A stretch of DNA of 64,000 bases from an uncultured virus (IMG/VR IMGVR_UViG_3300029305_005063) (IMGVR_UViG_3300029305_005063); one strand, 5' to 3'; positions 47,313 to 58,305 are shown, counted from the stretch's first letter. Program-made: numbers and translations. The notes: generated by a model not told the origin, from the letters alone.

Positions 47313-48818
47313 ATGGACACTCACGTCAAAATCGCGGTCGTCAAACCAGAAGTGACGATCGTTCCACCGGAAACCGACGCCATCAGCAAGGTTGCTCGCA
47401 TGGCTCGTATCTGCTATCGCAGCGAGAAAGCGGCTGGTCTTGAAGCAGACGATCGTCTTGTTCGCAGCTGCATCAAGCGCGGTCACACCTCTGTGACTGA
47501 ACACTCTTTCATCTCGGTTCTTCTCACGAGGAACAAGTCAATCGAGGTTGAAGACTTCGGCATCAACCTGAAACAGCAAACCAAGATCACTCCCTACGAT
47601 CTTTGGACGATGATCGATACTCCTAACAAACGTCAGTATCTCACGGAGATCTTCGACGATCAGTTCTACAAGGAAGTTGCTCCTCAGTCTCCAACACCTC
47701 GTTCTTATCGAGTCATTGCCGGTAACTTCCGCGCATGGCTCAACTTCCTCGACGAATCGACTGCTGCTGCGATTACCAAGGGAGAGCCTATCTTCGTGGC
47801 ACTCAGCATGGCCATCGCGATGGTTCTCTACAAGAAATATCCGACGGTCTTCCAGGCATTCATTGACAAGTGCAACGACGCGTTCTCCCGTTGCAAGCCT
47901 GATCACTTCCTCAGGACGTGGTTCCTCAAGGGAATGCCGGCTGACAAGAACCCCGATTCGATCCCGCTCACTTGCGATTACTTCGAGAGGTTCATCGGCA
48001 CGTTCGGGCTCTATGCCAATCAGACGACCCCGAAGTTCACTCTGTCCTCCATCTGGAAGATCAGCCGTTCGGTGTCTCACGAGATCGTTCGTCATCGCAC
48101 TTGTGCGTTCTCTCAGGAATCCCAGCGTTACGTCAACTATGATGGCAAGGGATTTGAGTTCATTCATCCTTCGATGGATCCGGTCAAGTTCAAGGACTAT
48201 GGTCTCAAGGAATTTGACTACCAGAACAGTGATGATCAGGGAGAACCTGCCGAAACCGGGGCTAAGATCAAGCTCCTCTTCCAGGGTTACATTCCTGAAA
48301 CAACGGTGATCTTCCATCACTGGAAGCAGAGTGCGCAGAATGCTGCCGATGAATACGCGCAGCTTATGGAAGATGGTCTCTTCAAGGATGGCACGAACGA
48401 GAAGCTCGAGCTTCCTCCCGAGTTCTGTCGTGGCACGCTCAACAACGACACGGCTACGACGATCGGCATCACATGGACTCCTTCTGGATTCCTCAACACG
48501 ATGAAGTGGCGTCTCGACGATCCTGCGTTCTGGCCCATCCGTCGCCAGATCGGTGAGATGCTCATCGCTGGTCTCAAGGCTAAGCATCCGTTCTTCGAGA
48601 ACTTCGATCCTGCGCTGATCATGAAGTGGCTCGACAAGAACGTTCGCTTCGGCATCATGCAGACGCGTGAAAATGATCCGGAGGTTGCCTCGCTGTATGC
48701 GTATCAGGAGCAGCGTGCTAAGGAAGCGCACGAGCTCACGATGCAGCATCAGCAGCTGCTCCAGAAGCAGGCTGAAGAGGCAGCTAAGCAAGCTGCTGAA
48801 CAAGCTCAAAAGAAGTGA
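47313..48818 (+). CDS. thyX: flavin-dependent thymidylate synthase, enlarged
   Basis: ARICY, GHTSVTEH, SRSVSHEIVRHR..FSQESQRY signature. Confidence 0.9.
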   Translation: MDTHVKIAVVKPEVTIVPPETDAISKVARMARICYRSEKAAGLEADDRLVRSCIKRGHTSVTEHSFISVLLTRNKSIEVEDFGINLKQQTKITPYDLWTMIDTPNKRQYLTEIFDDQFYKEVAPQSPTPRSYRVIAGNFRAWLNFLDESTAAAITKGEPIFVALSMAIAMVLYKKYPTVFQAFIDKCNDAFSRCKPDHFLRTWFLKGMPADKNPDSIPLTCDYFERFIGTFGLYANQTTPKFTLSSIWKISRSVSHEIVRHRTCAFSQESQRYVNYDGKGFEFIHPSMDPVKFKDYGLKEFDYQNSDDQGEPAETGAKIKLLFQGYIPETTVIFHHWKQSAQNAADEYAQLMEDGLFKDGTNEKLELPPEFCRGTLNNDTATTIGITWTPSGFLNTMKWRLDDPAFWPIRRQIGEMLIAGLKAKHPFFENFDPALIMKWLDKNVRFGIMQTRENDPEVASLYAYQEQRAKEAHELTMQHQQLLQKQAEEAAKQAAEQAQKK

Positions 48819-48904
48819 TGATTACATCAACATGATATGCGGTTCTTCGGAACTTCTTTTACCTAGGATGACTGGTAGTCGCGCAAGCGGCTGCCAGCCA
48901 TTCT

Positions 48905-49474
48905 ATGTACCATTTTCTAAATGAAATTCAACTGAATCAACGGAGTCGACAACTGATGTTAAGGTCTACATATTGCAGCATACCTGCCTACGGACAACTA
49001 GCTCCGAGGCGGGGATGTATAGCGTCATGTGTGACGAAAACCGATACCGTTAAGCGGTATTATTCGCTCATGCTCAAGGGGACAAGAAGGCGCTGGTTCA
49101 GTTCCAACACGTTCTACCTTTTGCTCACTGAAGATGCTCTTAGTGAGGCTATCGAAAGAGGTAAGCTGAACTATCCGCATATCGAGAGACCGATCACGTT
49201 CGGTCAGTATGCTGGAGTGCAGAAAGTTCAGAAGTCAGCAACCGGTTACCCTAACCTCAAGAGTACCTTCAACTGCATCTTCTTGCATGCGTTCATGTAT
49301 GTTAAGGGAGGCAACGTGGTGGAGTATCCACTCGCGTTCTCCGAACATAGATTCAAGCGCAGCTTACAGCGTGCTCGCAAACACCCTGAGCTTCTTCTCA
49401 AGAAGAAATGGTGGCACGCAGCGTTCGTGAAAGTGTACCGATTCTTCGGTCTGCACAAAAAGAAAAAGAAATGA
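48905..49474 (+). CDS. basic hypothetical protein (start uncertain)
   Basis: ORF track; followed by hairpin terminator. Confidence 0.5.
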   Translation: MYHFLNEIQLNQRSRQLMLRSTYCSIPAYGQLAPRRGCIASCVTKTDTVKRYYSLMLKGTRRRWFSSNTFYLLLTEDALSEAIERGKLNYPHIERPITFGQYAGVQKVQKSATGYPNLKSTFNCIFLHAFMYVKGGNVVEYPLAFSEHRFKRSLQRARKHPELLLKKKWWHAAFVKVYRFFGLHKKKKK

Positions 49475-49527
49475 CAGAACAGTTCAGACGTACGGAGTTC
49501 CGTACGTCTGAACTGCACATGTTTTTC

Positions 49528-50238
49528 TCAGTCGAACACGTCATCTAAATGTCCGAAGAAATCCAGCTTCTCGCACAACCACATCCCGACAGGTGGCACG
49601 CTGAATAGACCGACTATGGTAGCGGTGACCATGTAAGCACCGATGCACGATATCATCATGCTACCAGATGCTTTACCATAGATCACCAACCCCATGCCAG
49701 TGATGACACTGGCTAGAATGAGTACAGTCAGTATGCATTCACCGAACTCAGACTTATCAATCCAAGTCGAGATCAGAAGCATAACGAGTATGTACGCGAT
49801 CACCATCGGAAGCGCATAGATAATTCCAAACGCTCCGAAGCAACCGAGACAGCTCAGCCAGAATCCAGACTCAAATTGAGGACTTTTACCATCGGTAGTG
49901 ATCTGGTCATTGTAGATCGCGTCGAATCCTTCGAATAGCAAGAACATCGACACAACAACGAAGTCGAAGATTTGAACGTAGCCGAGGAATGACGGAATCG
50001 TGAATCCCCTAACGGTCATCGTAAAGAAGAAGATCCAGTAGGAGATGATGAACACCAACCTTCCAGGACTGTCGTACTTGCTGTAGCCGATAGGAGAGCT
50101 ATCGTCACAGAATCGATTCATGAGCGATTCACGAGATTTTCTCGTCCAGATTAGTAGGAAGACTAGAGGGCAACAGGTCACCCTGCAGCATGCTCTGACC
50201 CACCCTACAAGATACGTGTTCCAGAGACGTTCAATCAT
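49528..50238 (-). CDS. polytopic membrane protein
   Basis: About six hydrophobic segments; start MIERLW behind AGGAGG. Confidence 0.65.
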   Translation of the reverse strand: MIERLWNTYLVGWVRACCRVTCCPLVFLLIWTRKSRESLMNRFCDDSSPIGYSKYDSPGRLVFIISYWIFFFTMTVRGFTIPSFLGYVQIFDFVVVSMFLLFEGFDAIYNDQITTDGKSPQFESGFWLSCLGCFGAFGIIYALPMVIAYILVMLLISTWIDKSEFGECILTVLILASVITGMGLVIYGKASGSMMISCIGAYMVTATIVGLFSVPPVGMWLCEKLDFFGHLDDVFD

Positions 50239-50617
50239 TTTCGACGACCTCCTTTTCTGGTTGAGCAGGAGGCTCATGTTTAGTGAGATCGACGACGTGG
50301 ATGATGTTCCCGAATCCATTCACGTAGAGACAGACTTCCTTGTCGATCGAATCGAATCTGAGGAATGCTGACTCACGTGTGTAATCCGCATCATCTTTAC
50401 CGAAAAATAATGTCGACCCTTCTTTGAATGTCTCCGAACCACCATCAGGGTAGCTCAGAGTTACGTCATAACTGTACGTACCGTACCAGCTCCTTGCAAC
50501 AGGACCTATGTTCGATATCGTACCGTAGACATGCCTAGTACCGAAAGACTTCATGATGAACCACATGTTGAGGTGGCACAGCATGACAGCCAAAATGATC
50601 TTGAAGAAAAATTTCAT
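50231..50617 (-). CDS. membrane-anchored protein
   Basis: Start MKFFFK; N-terminal TM. Confidence 0.55.
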   Translation of the reverse strand: MKFFFKIILAVMLCHLNMWFIMKSFGTRHVYGTISNIGPVARSWYGTYSYDVTLSYPDGGSETFKEGSTLFFGKDDADYTRESAFLRFDSIDKEVCLYVNGFGNIIHVVDLTKHEPPAQPEKEVVEND

Positions 50618-50700
50618 TGTAAGTCCCTCACAGAAATATAAGACTTGACCCACCTGATGGAAGCATCGCTAGGACACTTCCACCAGGCAGGTTTAGGTTA

Positions 50701-52020
50701 TCACTCAGCCGGCGGGTTCTCCGGAGGCGGAGGATTCGCGGGAGCTTCAGCAGTCGGAGCAGGAGTCTCGGCAGGAGTGTCGGCGATCTTCAAAGCGTCC
50801 AGTGCGTCCCACATACCTGCGGAACCGAACGACTTCTTGACCGTCAGCTTCTTCTCCTTGCCATCCTTGTCCTTGACGATCTTCTCCTCAGTCGGAACGA
50901 CCGAAGCGATGACGCGGTCAGCCGTCTTCTTCGCGTAACGCGCCTTGAACTTGTCAGACATAGACTCGTTGCCATCACCACCCTTGTAGTGGAAAGAGTC
51001 CTTGCCCTTCTTGCCACCTTTGGAGTAGCGAGGACGATCCTCCTTCCCACCGTAGCGCTCAAGAGCCTCTTCCTTGGTCGTACCCCACACGCACATGACG
51101 TTCGTGCAGATGTTGCGATGTATCTCGCGGATCCAGGTGAGGTTCTCGCCGCACTTCTGGCACTTCGCAGGCTCACGAGGAGGCTGGTTGGGTTTACCAC
51201 CCTTGCGATAGTGACCATTGTGCTGCTGAGCACGCTTCTCCTTGAGTTCCTCGTAGGACATGATCTTGCCCTTGAGTTCCTCAGGAACTTCAACAACGGC
51301 GTCATGGAAAACACCCTCGAACGGGTCTACCATGTTCATCGTGATCTCAATGATGCACTCGAGCAGGTAGCGGCAGCGAGCAGGGATGGCGTCAGGACGC
51401 TTCGGCGAGTTGATGGCACGAAGGATCGCAGCCTTGGCACGTGCGAGGTTCTGATTGCACATGACCTTAGCACGAGTCCAAGCGTCGTCGAACTTGCTGC
51501 GGATGAACTTCATGGCTTCGTCGCCCGAAGCCTTCATGAACTCCTTGTCACCGACCTTCGTGTCCTTGTTCGCGAAGATGCCATTGACTTCGACGAGGAG
51601 ACAGATGAGCTGACTGACGTCGCCCGAGCCCCAAGTCGCCGTCTGGTAATGCAGCCCATTCGCCACGCTTGCAAGCATGTGGACGAGCGGGTTCTTGAGC
51701 CCCTTGGCATAGGGATACTTGGCATCAGAGCCGCTCATGAACCTGAGGATCTCAACGATCGCATCCGGCTTGTAGCCGGCGTTCTTGAGCGCCTCCTGAT
51801 TCTCCTGGCGGACCTTCGCCAACCACTCCTTGCGGTTGATCAAATCCTGTTTCTTATTTTTTGGAGCAATGCTCACAGCCACCTTGATCTTCTTCTCAGC
51901 TTCCACAGTAGGCTGAGGAGTATCCGAGACCGGCACCGAAGGTGCGGCCTCAGTGGGGGTAGGAGTGGGCGTTACTGCGACAGTGGGCTCCTGGGCAGGA
52001 ACCTGTTCCGTGTTTTCCAT
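50701..52020 (-). CDS. hypothetical protein with Pro-rich ends and CxxC-x13-CxxxxC zinc motif
   Basis: 439 aa, strongly biased codons, basic low-complexity C-half. Confidence 0.7.
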   Translation of the reverse strand: MENTEQVPAQEPTVAVTPTPTPTEAAPSVPVSDTPQPTVEAEKKIKVAVSIAPKNKKQDLINRKEWLAKVRQENQEALKNAGYKPDAIVEILRFMSGSDAKYPYAKGLKNPLVHMLASVANGLHYQTATWGSGDVSQLICLLVEVNGIFANKDTKVGDKEFMKASGDEAMKFIRSKFDDAWTRAKVMCNQNLARAKAAILRAINSPKRPDAIPARCRYLLECIIEITMNMVDPFEGVFHDAVVEVPEELKGKIMSYEELKEKRAQQHNGHYRKGGKPNQPPREPAKCQKCGENLTWIREIHRNICTNVMCVWGTTKEEALERYGGKEDRPRYSKGGKKGKDSFHYKGGDGNESMSDKFKARYAKKTADRVIASVVPTEEKIVKDKDGKEKKLTVKKSFGSAGMWDALDALKIADTPAETPAPTAEAPANPPPPENPPAE

Positions 52021-52210
52021 TTTCGGTGTTTCCTTGTTTTGATGTCCCTACGGGGACGTTTGAGAGAATATAACCAGCATTAGTTATTGAGGAAGTTTGC
52101 ACTTTCCTACGTGTAACTAAATACCAGTTATGCGGTTATGACACAAAAGTAATGTATAAACAAATTGAAAATGAGAAAAAAGAAACCACCCGTAGAGGGT
52201 GGTCTCTCTG

Positions 52211-52390
52211 TTAGTCAGCGAACTTGGGAATGTTCGCGTCACTGATCCTCACGTCAGGGTCCACGTCGAATCCAGTTGTGAAGTTCGGGATCCCACTGCT
52301 CTGCACAGACGGGATCCTCTGATCAGGATCGACATCGAGATTCGTCTCGATTCGTTCAACCCTACGACCTACTTCTCTGAAACCTCTCAT
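52211..52390 (-). CDS. 59-aa peptide with internal duplication
   Basis: AAGGA SD; DVDPDQRI..IPNF / DVDPDVRI..IPKF; not in track. Confidence 0.55.
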   Translation of the reverse strand: MRGFREVGRRVERIETNLDVDPDQRIPSVQSSGIPNFTTGFDVDPDVRISDANIPKFAD

Positions 52391-52578
52391 TGTTTTGTTC
52401 CTTTCTTGTTAAAGTGAAGAGACAGTCTCAGCATACGTGCGTCACAAGCGCACTTGCTCTCCACGAGCTTCTTGCTGCTGTCTCTACCAAGGTAATTAAT
52501 ACACATCCAATTAAGAACGACATAAGAACAAGAACCCACTCCTCAGGTATCGCTACCTGAGGAGTGAGTCACTTGCAT

Positions 52579-55500
52579 TTATTTTTGATGTCTCAGAGGA
52601 TCGCACTCACCGAACCAGATCGTAAGCACCTGATCCTCGAGAGTCTTAAGGACTCCGTTGGTGATGCCAGACAGGAACGGGCTGGTCACTATGCGGGCCA
52701 GGATGCCTCTCCCAGATGTCGCAGCTTCGACCTTGAGAGAGCCATCTTCCACCTCAATGTAGTCGGGATAAACCTGAGACGCAACCGATTTAAGGTTGTT
52801 ACCGAAGAACAACTTGTCTCCGATGCCCATGCCCTTGTTCTGTTTGATGTAGAACTTCAACACGACGGTAGTCGGAGTAAGATCGATGATACCACCGATC
52901 TTGTCTACATTAACCAGAGGTTCGGACTTGAGGAACTCGGAAGAGTTGTTAGCTCTTGCAGCAGCAACAGCTTGCTGGTTCTTGGTTGCTATCGCATGCT
53001 TGATCAGCTCCTGGAGGCTCTTAGTCATCCCGGTTAAAGGAGACTTGTAATAAGCCTCTATCTTCACGACAGTACCGGTGTGACCAGCCTTAGGTGAAGC
53101 AGTGTTGAGTTTTTCAAGCTCTGCGATGATCGCAGGATCGTCTTCCTTACCAGGTGTGAACGGAGACTCATCGAACACCATCAACGGATCAGTCGAGTTC
53201 ACAAGGTCGCCTATGTGAGCGAACTTACGAACAACCGTGTCAGTCGTGATGGTTATCGTGTTGACGTGAACAGGGTTGAATACCATCTTGTCGCACAGAG
53301 GCTGAGTGAGGATGGAAGCATCCTCGATGGTACCACCGTTGTCCAGGATCGCTACGTTAGCCATCGTACCGATACGGTATCTGACTGTGTTCTTGGAGTA
53401 CGGATCAGCTTGGAAGAACTGACGGTTGTATGTCAGGATGTCATCCTTCTTGACCCTGTCTCCAACCTTGAAGTTGTTGATGACAACATCTTGGTTAACG
53501 AAGAACCCGTTGGCGGAGTTGTTGGTGTACTGAGCACCGAACTCAACAGCATGACGTGAACCGTTCTTGTAACGAACGACCATGATGCCAGCCTTCTGGT
53601 CGATGCTCTCAATGACACCGTCATCCTCAGCCGCATATGCGAACGGAGGACGCGTCAAGTGAGCAATCATCTCCTCATACCCGGTTCTTAAACGGTTTAC
53701 CTCGGAACCATTCATTGGGACCACGGCAGAAGCTTGTATGCTCGCCATGTTTGCCCTCTTTGAATCGTCCTGGCATGCGCCTGGCATAAGAAGAGTGTTG
53801 ACGCTCAACATGTTCTCCGGTTCAAGCTGAGCAACGTCTAGACGTTGTGTCATGCCTCTAGCAGACATCATCGTCGGATTGGCAGGCAAGATGGCGTTGT
53901 AACCAGTCTTGAAGTTATCTGTCGTTGCTTCAGAGACGATGCCGATTGCGCTGTCCGTAAATCTACGGTCAGCGATCTTGAACGTCTCAACAGAGCGTCC
54001 TCCTGAACCACCGTTGGTGATGTTGGAGAAACTCTTGATGTCCTCAATCGGGTTGAGTGTTGCGATGTTCTCGAACAGAGGTTCCTCCATCAGTCTCTGT
54101 TTGATAGCATACGCACTGAGAGAGAACTTAGTGCTAGACCCAGGAGATTTGTTCTTGAATCCAGCATAGGCACGAGCCATCTCGTTGTAGATGAGTCCTG
54201 TGATGACCTCGACCGACCTGTACCGGAAGTTAGCTTCGTTAGCTGCTTCAAGATGATCACTCGTGGTCAGAAGACTCACTGCTCTGAGAAGGAGATCCCT
54301 GATGTCAGTCGGCTCACGCATCTCACGAAGAACGTCCCTCGTGATAGGATCGATGAACAGGTCGAAGAACGGATCGACTCCCTTGATGAAGTTCATCGAG
54401 ATCTTGCGCTGCTCGAGGAGCGAGTAGTAGATGTCCTTGTCATCCATGTCCTCAAGGAGAACGTCATCCAGATCGAATGCACTCAGACCACCGAACAGAA
54501 GCGCGTTGTTACGCGGAGTCCTGTTGATGACGAGTTTACGATCCTTGAACTTGATGATGATGTCGGTAGGACGAGTATCAACCCTCTCGTTCCTCTCGTA
54601 CACGGAGTAATCACATCCGCAGTACTTGAGCATGTTGGTGAGACCGTACCTGTAGCCGAGCATGTGGATAAGAGGAACTCTCCTGCTGAGCCACTCGATG
54701 TCGATGTATTCAACTGGCGGTATGAGTGTAATACCAGTCAACCACTCGATAAAATCACCGAATGCTCCATTGAAGACTTCCTCGTTCTTCTCAAGGTTCT
54801 TCACCACGATGAGTCCAGTTACATCAATGAAGAAATGCTCTTCTCCACGGTAACCGAACCAGAAGGACTTGTCCATCTCCTCAGCCTGGATGTCAGCTGT
54901 AGCATCCTTGGGGAACTGCTCTGCTCTGTGTTCATAGTCGAACACAAGCTTGCCACCTTTGAACTCAAGTGCCTTGTACTTCTTGCCGAGTTCCGTGATT
55001 TCGAACGGAATAGCATGAAGCTTGTATCTACACACACCGTGAACAGGCGTAAATTGGAATCCTCCCTTGGCGATCTTGAACATGGCTTTCTTGGAGAACC
55101 AGTCGATGAAGCTGTGCGCTGCATTCTGGTTGCGTTCAAGAAGAGCCTTGTTGTAGTTCGAGTTGAGAGTGACACGAGTGTCGGAGACCTTGCAGATAGG
55201 TTTGCTGACACGCTGGATGCGCATCGCTTTGAGAACACCGTTGATCTTGGCACGACCCATCTTGTCCACCTTGGGGACAGGTATCCTCAGAGTGAAGTTC
55301 TTGTGGTTCGTGTCTTCATACGTGACGGTGTAGGTAGTCCAGGCATTAAGCTCGTCGACAGTGTCTTCCTGCTTGATGTCCTTGAGGAACATTCCCTGCT
55401 TGTTGAACGAAGTGAAGATGTTCGCAAGATCGGAAGTCATCGTCTGTTCGACGTACGTCTTGTTCAGAACAGACGTTGTGCTCTCAGTAGCTTCAGGAGT

Positions 55501-56946
55501 AAGTGTTCCGTTGTCAACCGCAGCTGTCTTGACATTGTCAGGTTTAAGAGAGCCAGCATTACCAGCAGTCATCACTTTGTCAAGCTTAACACCGTTGATC
55601 TCAGTCTGCTTGTAAGCCTGTGAAAGCTTCTCAACGTGTTCACGTTGTGCCTTCGTTGTTGTAGAAGGCAACTGCTTGATGATGTTAGAGATGTCATCGA
55701 GCTGAAGAAGGTCAAGCTCTGCTGTCTCTTTGATCTCCTGCTGAGTTCTAGGAGGAGTGAAATTGCAGATGTTACCAAGCTCAAGCTGAAGCTCGTCGAT
55801 AGCAACAACAGACTCAGGAGCCATCGGAGTCTCATTCGTTGCACTGTCATTGAGCGCACCGAACTCAGACGTTCTCACCAGAGTGTTGATCTGGTTGATG
55901 ACGCGAAGCAATCCGGTGTTACCGGCGTTGTTGAGTTCCTTGACGTCACGAAGGTTGTAGCAGACGTAGTTGCTGCCGACTGTGAAGAGAAGATTGACTT
56001 TCTCCAGCATGTGGACAGGGAGGAACTCGAAGATGGTTAGCTTGTAAGGATTCTCACCGTCCTTGAGACCTTCCATACCGCACAGGTCAGGAGCACATTC
56101 GCCCATGTAGTTGGAGATGCCTTGGAGGAAGTCAGCATCAGAGAGATCTCCGAGACCAGGTTCAGGCTTGAGCTCAGGGATGCTGATATCAGCATCATGC
56201 ATAGCCTCCATCGAGAATTCGTCCTTCTCATCCCCCTCAGCATCCTTCTCGATCTCTGGGAGTTTGCCACGAGGAGGAAGAGTCATCTTCTTAGCAAGCA
56301 GTCCGTAGAAGTGAGCAAGGAACAAGTAGGAAGGACGCTCGTAGTAGATCGTCGCAAGCTTGTTGTACTGCTTGAAGATCCTGAGGAAGTCCTTCTTCTC
56401 GTAGACGAAATTCTCCAGCGGAATGTGTATGAAATGCTGCCTGTCGGGAGCTTCCATGATCTTGTTCAGAACAACTGCCCAGAGGAAGTTGAAGAACCTG
56501 ACTTTGCGGCGCTGACCGAGAACTCGCATGCGGAAAAGCGGGTTGTAGTTGACAACTCCCATCGTTCCGTTACGAACAGGGATGTCCAGCATCTTGTCGC
56601 AGCGCTTGACAAGCGGCATCATCTCCTTGATGTATTTCATCAGGTTGGAGTGAACAGCTCCACTAACAAGAACCATCTTGTCCTTGTAGATCGGTGCGCA
56701 ATCGCTGGACTTGTGCTCAGGCCAGTTGACGACGGAATGCATGAACTTGTAGAATCTGTTCATGTGCATGAAGTGATTGCCCTTCCTTGGGCCATACTCC
56801 ACACGACCGTCCATCGGGAAGTTATCCAAGATGTGGATGATGGAACCATAGGGAAGCTCTGTCAGATCTGACAGGCTTTTCGTGCCCGTCAGAAGAGACA
56901 CCTTCCACATCATCGATTCCCGACGAAATCGTTCCCATCTAAGCAT
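52579..56946 (-). CDS. virion RNA polymerase beta subunit N-part (phiKZ gp178-like)
   Basis: 1455 aa; INGV..QR, GSGGRS, DDSKRANMASIQ, RLRTGYE, IEDAS, GDKL motifs; SME/GME sites near residue 250-295. Confidence 0.9.
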   Translation of the reverse strand: MLRWERFRRESMMWKVSLLTGTKSLSDLTELPYGSIIHILDNFPMDGRVEYGPRKGNHFMHMNRFYKFMHSVVNWPEHKSSDCAPIYKDKMVLVSGAVHSNLMKYIKEMMPLVKRCDKMLDIPVRNGTMGVVNYNPLFRMRVLGQRRKVRFFNFLWAVVLNKIMEAPDRQHFIHIPLENFVYEKKDFLRIFKQYNKLATIYYERPSYLFLAHFYGLLAKKMTLPPRGKLPEIEKDAEGDEKDEFSMEAMHDADISIPELKPEPGLGDLSDADFLQGISNYMGECAPDLCGMEGLKDGENPYKLTIFEFLPVHMLEKVNLLFTVGSNYVCYNLRDVKELNNAGNTGLLRVINQINTLVRTSEFGALNDSATNETPMAPESVVAIDELQLELGNICNFTPPRTQQEIKETAELDLLQLDDISNIIKQLPSTTTKAQREHVEKLSQAYKQTEINGVKLDKVMTAGNAGSLKPDNVKTAAVDNGTLTPEATESTTSVLNKTYVEQTMTSDLANIFTSFNKQGMFLKDIKQEDTVDELNAWTTYTVTYEDTNHKNFTLRIPVPKVDKMGRAKINGVLKAMRIQRVSKPICKVSDTRVTLNSNYNKALLERNQNAAHSFIDWFSKKAMFKIAKGGFQFTPVHGVCRYKLHAIPFEITELGKKYKALEFKGGKLVFDYEHRAEQFPKDATADIQAEEMDKSFWFGYRGEEHFFIDVTGLIVVKNLEKNEEVFNGAFGDFIEWLTGITLIPPVEYIDIEWLSRRVPLIHMLGYRYGLTNMLKYCGCDYSVYERNERVDTRPTDIIIKFKDRKLVINRTPRNNALLFGGLSAFDLDDVLLEDMDDKDIYYSLLEQRKISMNFIKGVDPFFDLFIDPITRDVLREMREPTDIRDLLLRAVSLLTTSDHLEAANEANFRYRSVEVITGLIYNEMARAYAGFKNKSPGSSTKFSLSAYAIKQRLMEEPLFENIATLNPIEDIKSFSNITNGGSGGRSVETFKIADRRFTDSAIGIVSEATTDNFKTGYNAILPANPTMMSARGMTQRLDVAQLEPENMLSVNTLLMPGACQDDSKRANMASIQASAVVPMNGSEVNRLRTGYEEMIAHLTRPPFAYAAEDDGVIESIDQKAGIMVVRYKNGSRHAVEFGAQYTNNSANGFFVNQDVVINNFKVGDRVKKDDILTYNRQFFQADPYSKNTVRYRIGTMANVAILDNGGTIEDASILTQPLCDKMVFNPVHVNTITITTDTVVRKFAHIGDLVNSTDPLMVFDESPFTPGKEDDPAIIAELEKLNTASPKAGHTGTVVKIEAYYKSPLTGMTKSLQELIKHAIATKNQQAVAAARANNSSEFLKSEPLVNVDKIGGIIDLTPTTVVLKFYIKQNKGMGIGDKLFFGNNLKSVASQVYPDYIEVEDGSLKVEAATSGRGILARIVTSPFLSGITNGVLKTLEDQVLTIWFGECDPLRHQK

Positions 56947-57064
56947 GATAGTTTCCTTTCAAAACTTCAAATAATCATAGGATGTTGCCGCTACAGAAGA
57001 AGATATAATAGTAGAATTTTCGTCTATTATCTGTATCGAAATCTCAAATTAAGTAGGTTCAACT

Positions 57065-57682
57065 ATGCAGAAGACATTCGATCAAAACACAGTCAGGCGG
57101 AGCGTATCACTGATCGTTCCGATCATCCTTGAGGCTATTGCCCACAATAGGAAAAAGGGAATACCGGACGACGTCAGACAGTATCTGCCTAAGTACATTC
57201 TGACAGGTGTCGACAGCTCTTCCGTTCCTCCGTATTTCACTCCGGTCAATTTGAAAGATACTGGCAAGAGAAGACTCTACGTCAACTCTGCTGGTCACAT
57301 CATCAGGTATCTCACCAGGAAGAACCTCAGGTCGGTGTACTTCGAACTCAAAGCAACGACTCCTGCTACATCTGAGAAAGCATTCTATTCGTGCTTCGCA
57401 GATCGCTGGGTTATCATCAGTGGTTCTGGTCACAAGACACTGAGCGGATGGAACGAGTTCATCAACAGCATTCTCTACATCGAATCGAGACCTTCCAAGG
57501 ACAATCACCCTCCATGTGGTGTAGGAAAATTCACTTGCATCGAAGACATCATCGACAGATGTCAAGGGGCTTTCCGTCCCGATTTTATGCGGCCTGGAGC
57601 TCGTAGCGTAACTGTTAAGCTTAGCAGTTACGAGCTTACGCTGCCTGAAACTGGAGACGAAAAACATGATACGAGCATTTGA
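57065..57682 (+). CDS. hypothetical protein
   Basis: 205 aa ORF. Confidence 0.6.
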   Translation: MQKTFDQNTVRRSVSLIVPIILEAIAHNRKKGIPDDVRQYLPKYILTGVDSSSVPPYFTPVNLKDTGKRRLYVNSAGHIIRYLTRKNLRSVYFELKATTPATSEKAFYSCFADRWVIISGSGHKTLSGWNEFINSILYIESRPSKDNHPPCGVGKFTCIEDIIDRCQGAFRPDFMRPGARSVTVKLSSYELTLPETGDEKHDTSI

Positions 57683-58256
57683 CGTCGAGCTGTTCTTCAG
57701 GTCATATCCGGATTTCGTTGGTGAGAACTTCTCACCTAGACAGATGTGGGAGTACAAGAACAACACCAAGAGTTGGCTGAACACTCTCCCGATCAACGAA
57801 TACGCGTATGTTCTGATGGCGTACACAGCTCATCACAACGGTGGTGAACCGACGCAGTATGTCAAGATCCTCTACAACCAGATGCTGCTTCCTGTTGTTA
57901 CAAGCTATCTCAAGCAGCTTGCTCACTACAGGTTCATGCGTGCTGTTGAGATGAGGAAGTACTTTTCCTGGAGGAAGATAGCTCCTGCAGAAGGACACGT
58001 GACCATGAAGACGAAGTTCGGCATGTGCACGTGCAAGACCAAGTGTCTGCTTCGCAAGATATGCGATGACTATCGCTGGCTCAAGGGTCGACCTGAAACT
58101 GATCCAAAAGTCCAGGGAGTTATCCAGGTTATCAAAGAACTGACTGAGATCTGTGACGAGGGTCTTGAGAAATGGTCGGACATCTACGACCGGAAGATCT
58201 TTGAACTGGATATCAGAACAGACGACACTCCGTCGATTTCCGAACCAAACGGCTGA
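57666..58256 (+). CDS. hypothetical protein
   Basis: 196 aa, GGAG SD. Confidence 0.6.
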   Translation: MIRAFDVELFFRSYPDFVGENFSPRQMWEYKNNTKSWLNTLPINEYAYVLMAYTAHHNGGEPTQYVKILYNQMLLPVVTSYLKQLAHYRFMRAVEMRKYFSWRKIAPAEGHVTMKTKFGMCTCKTKCLLRKICDDYRWLKGRPETDPKVQGVIQVIKELTEICDEGLEKWSDIYDRKIFELDIRTDDTPSISEPNG

Positions 58257-58268
58257 AGACAGAAAAGA

Positions 58269-58305
58269 ACCTCCTAGTACTAGTATTTATACTAGTACTA
58301 GGAGG
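58269..58305. terminator. perfect hairpin / likely terminator
   Basis: CCTCCTAGTACTAGTA-TT-TATACTAGTACTAGGAGG inverted repeat next to AAAAGAA. Confidence 0.6.

Noticed and set aside
45279..56871. Long antisense ORFs such as 45279..46586, 47538..48809, 50989..52083, 54253..55623
   Set aside because: They fully overlap recognisable genes on the other strand and lack SD or motifs
38406..56946. Cellular rpoB/rpoC
   Set aside because: Subunits are split and highly divergent, in a phage context, so no cellular gene symbols were given
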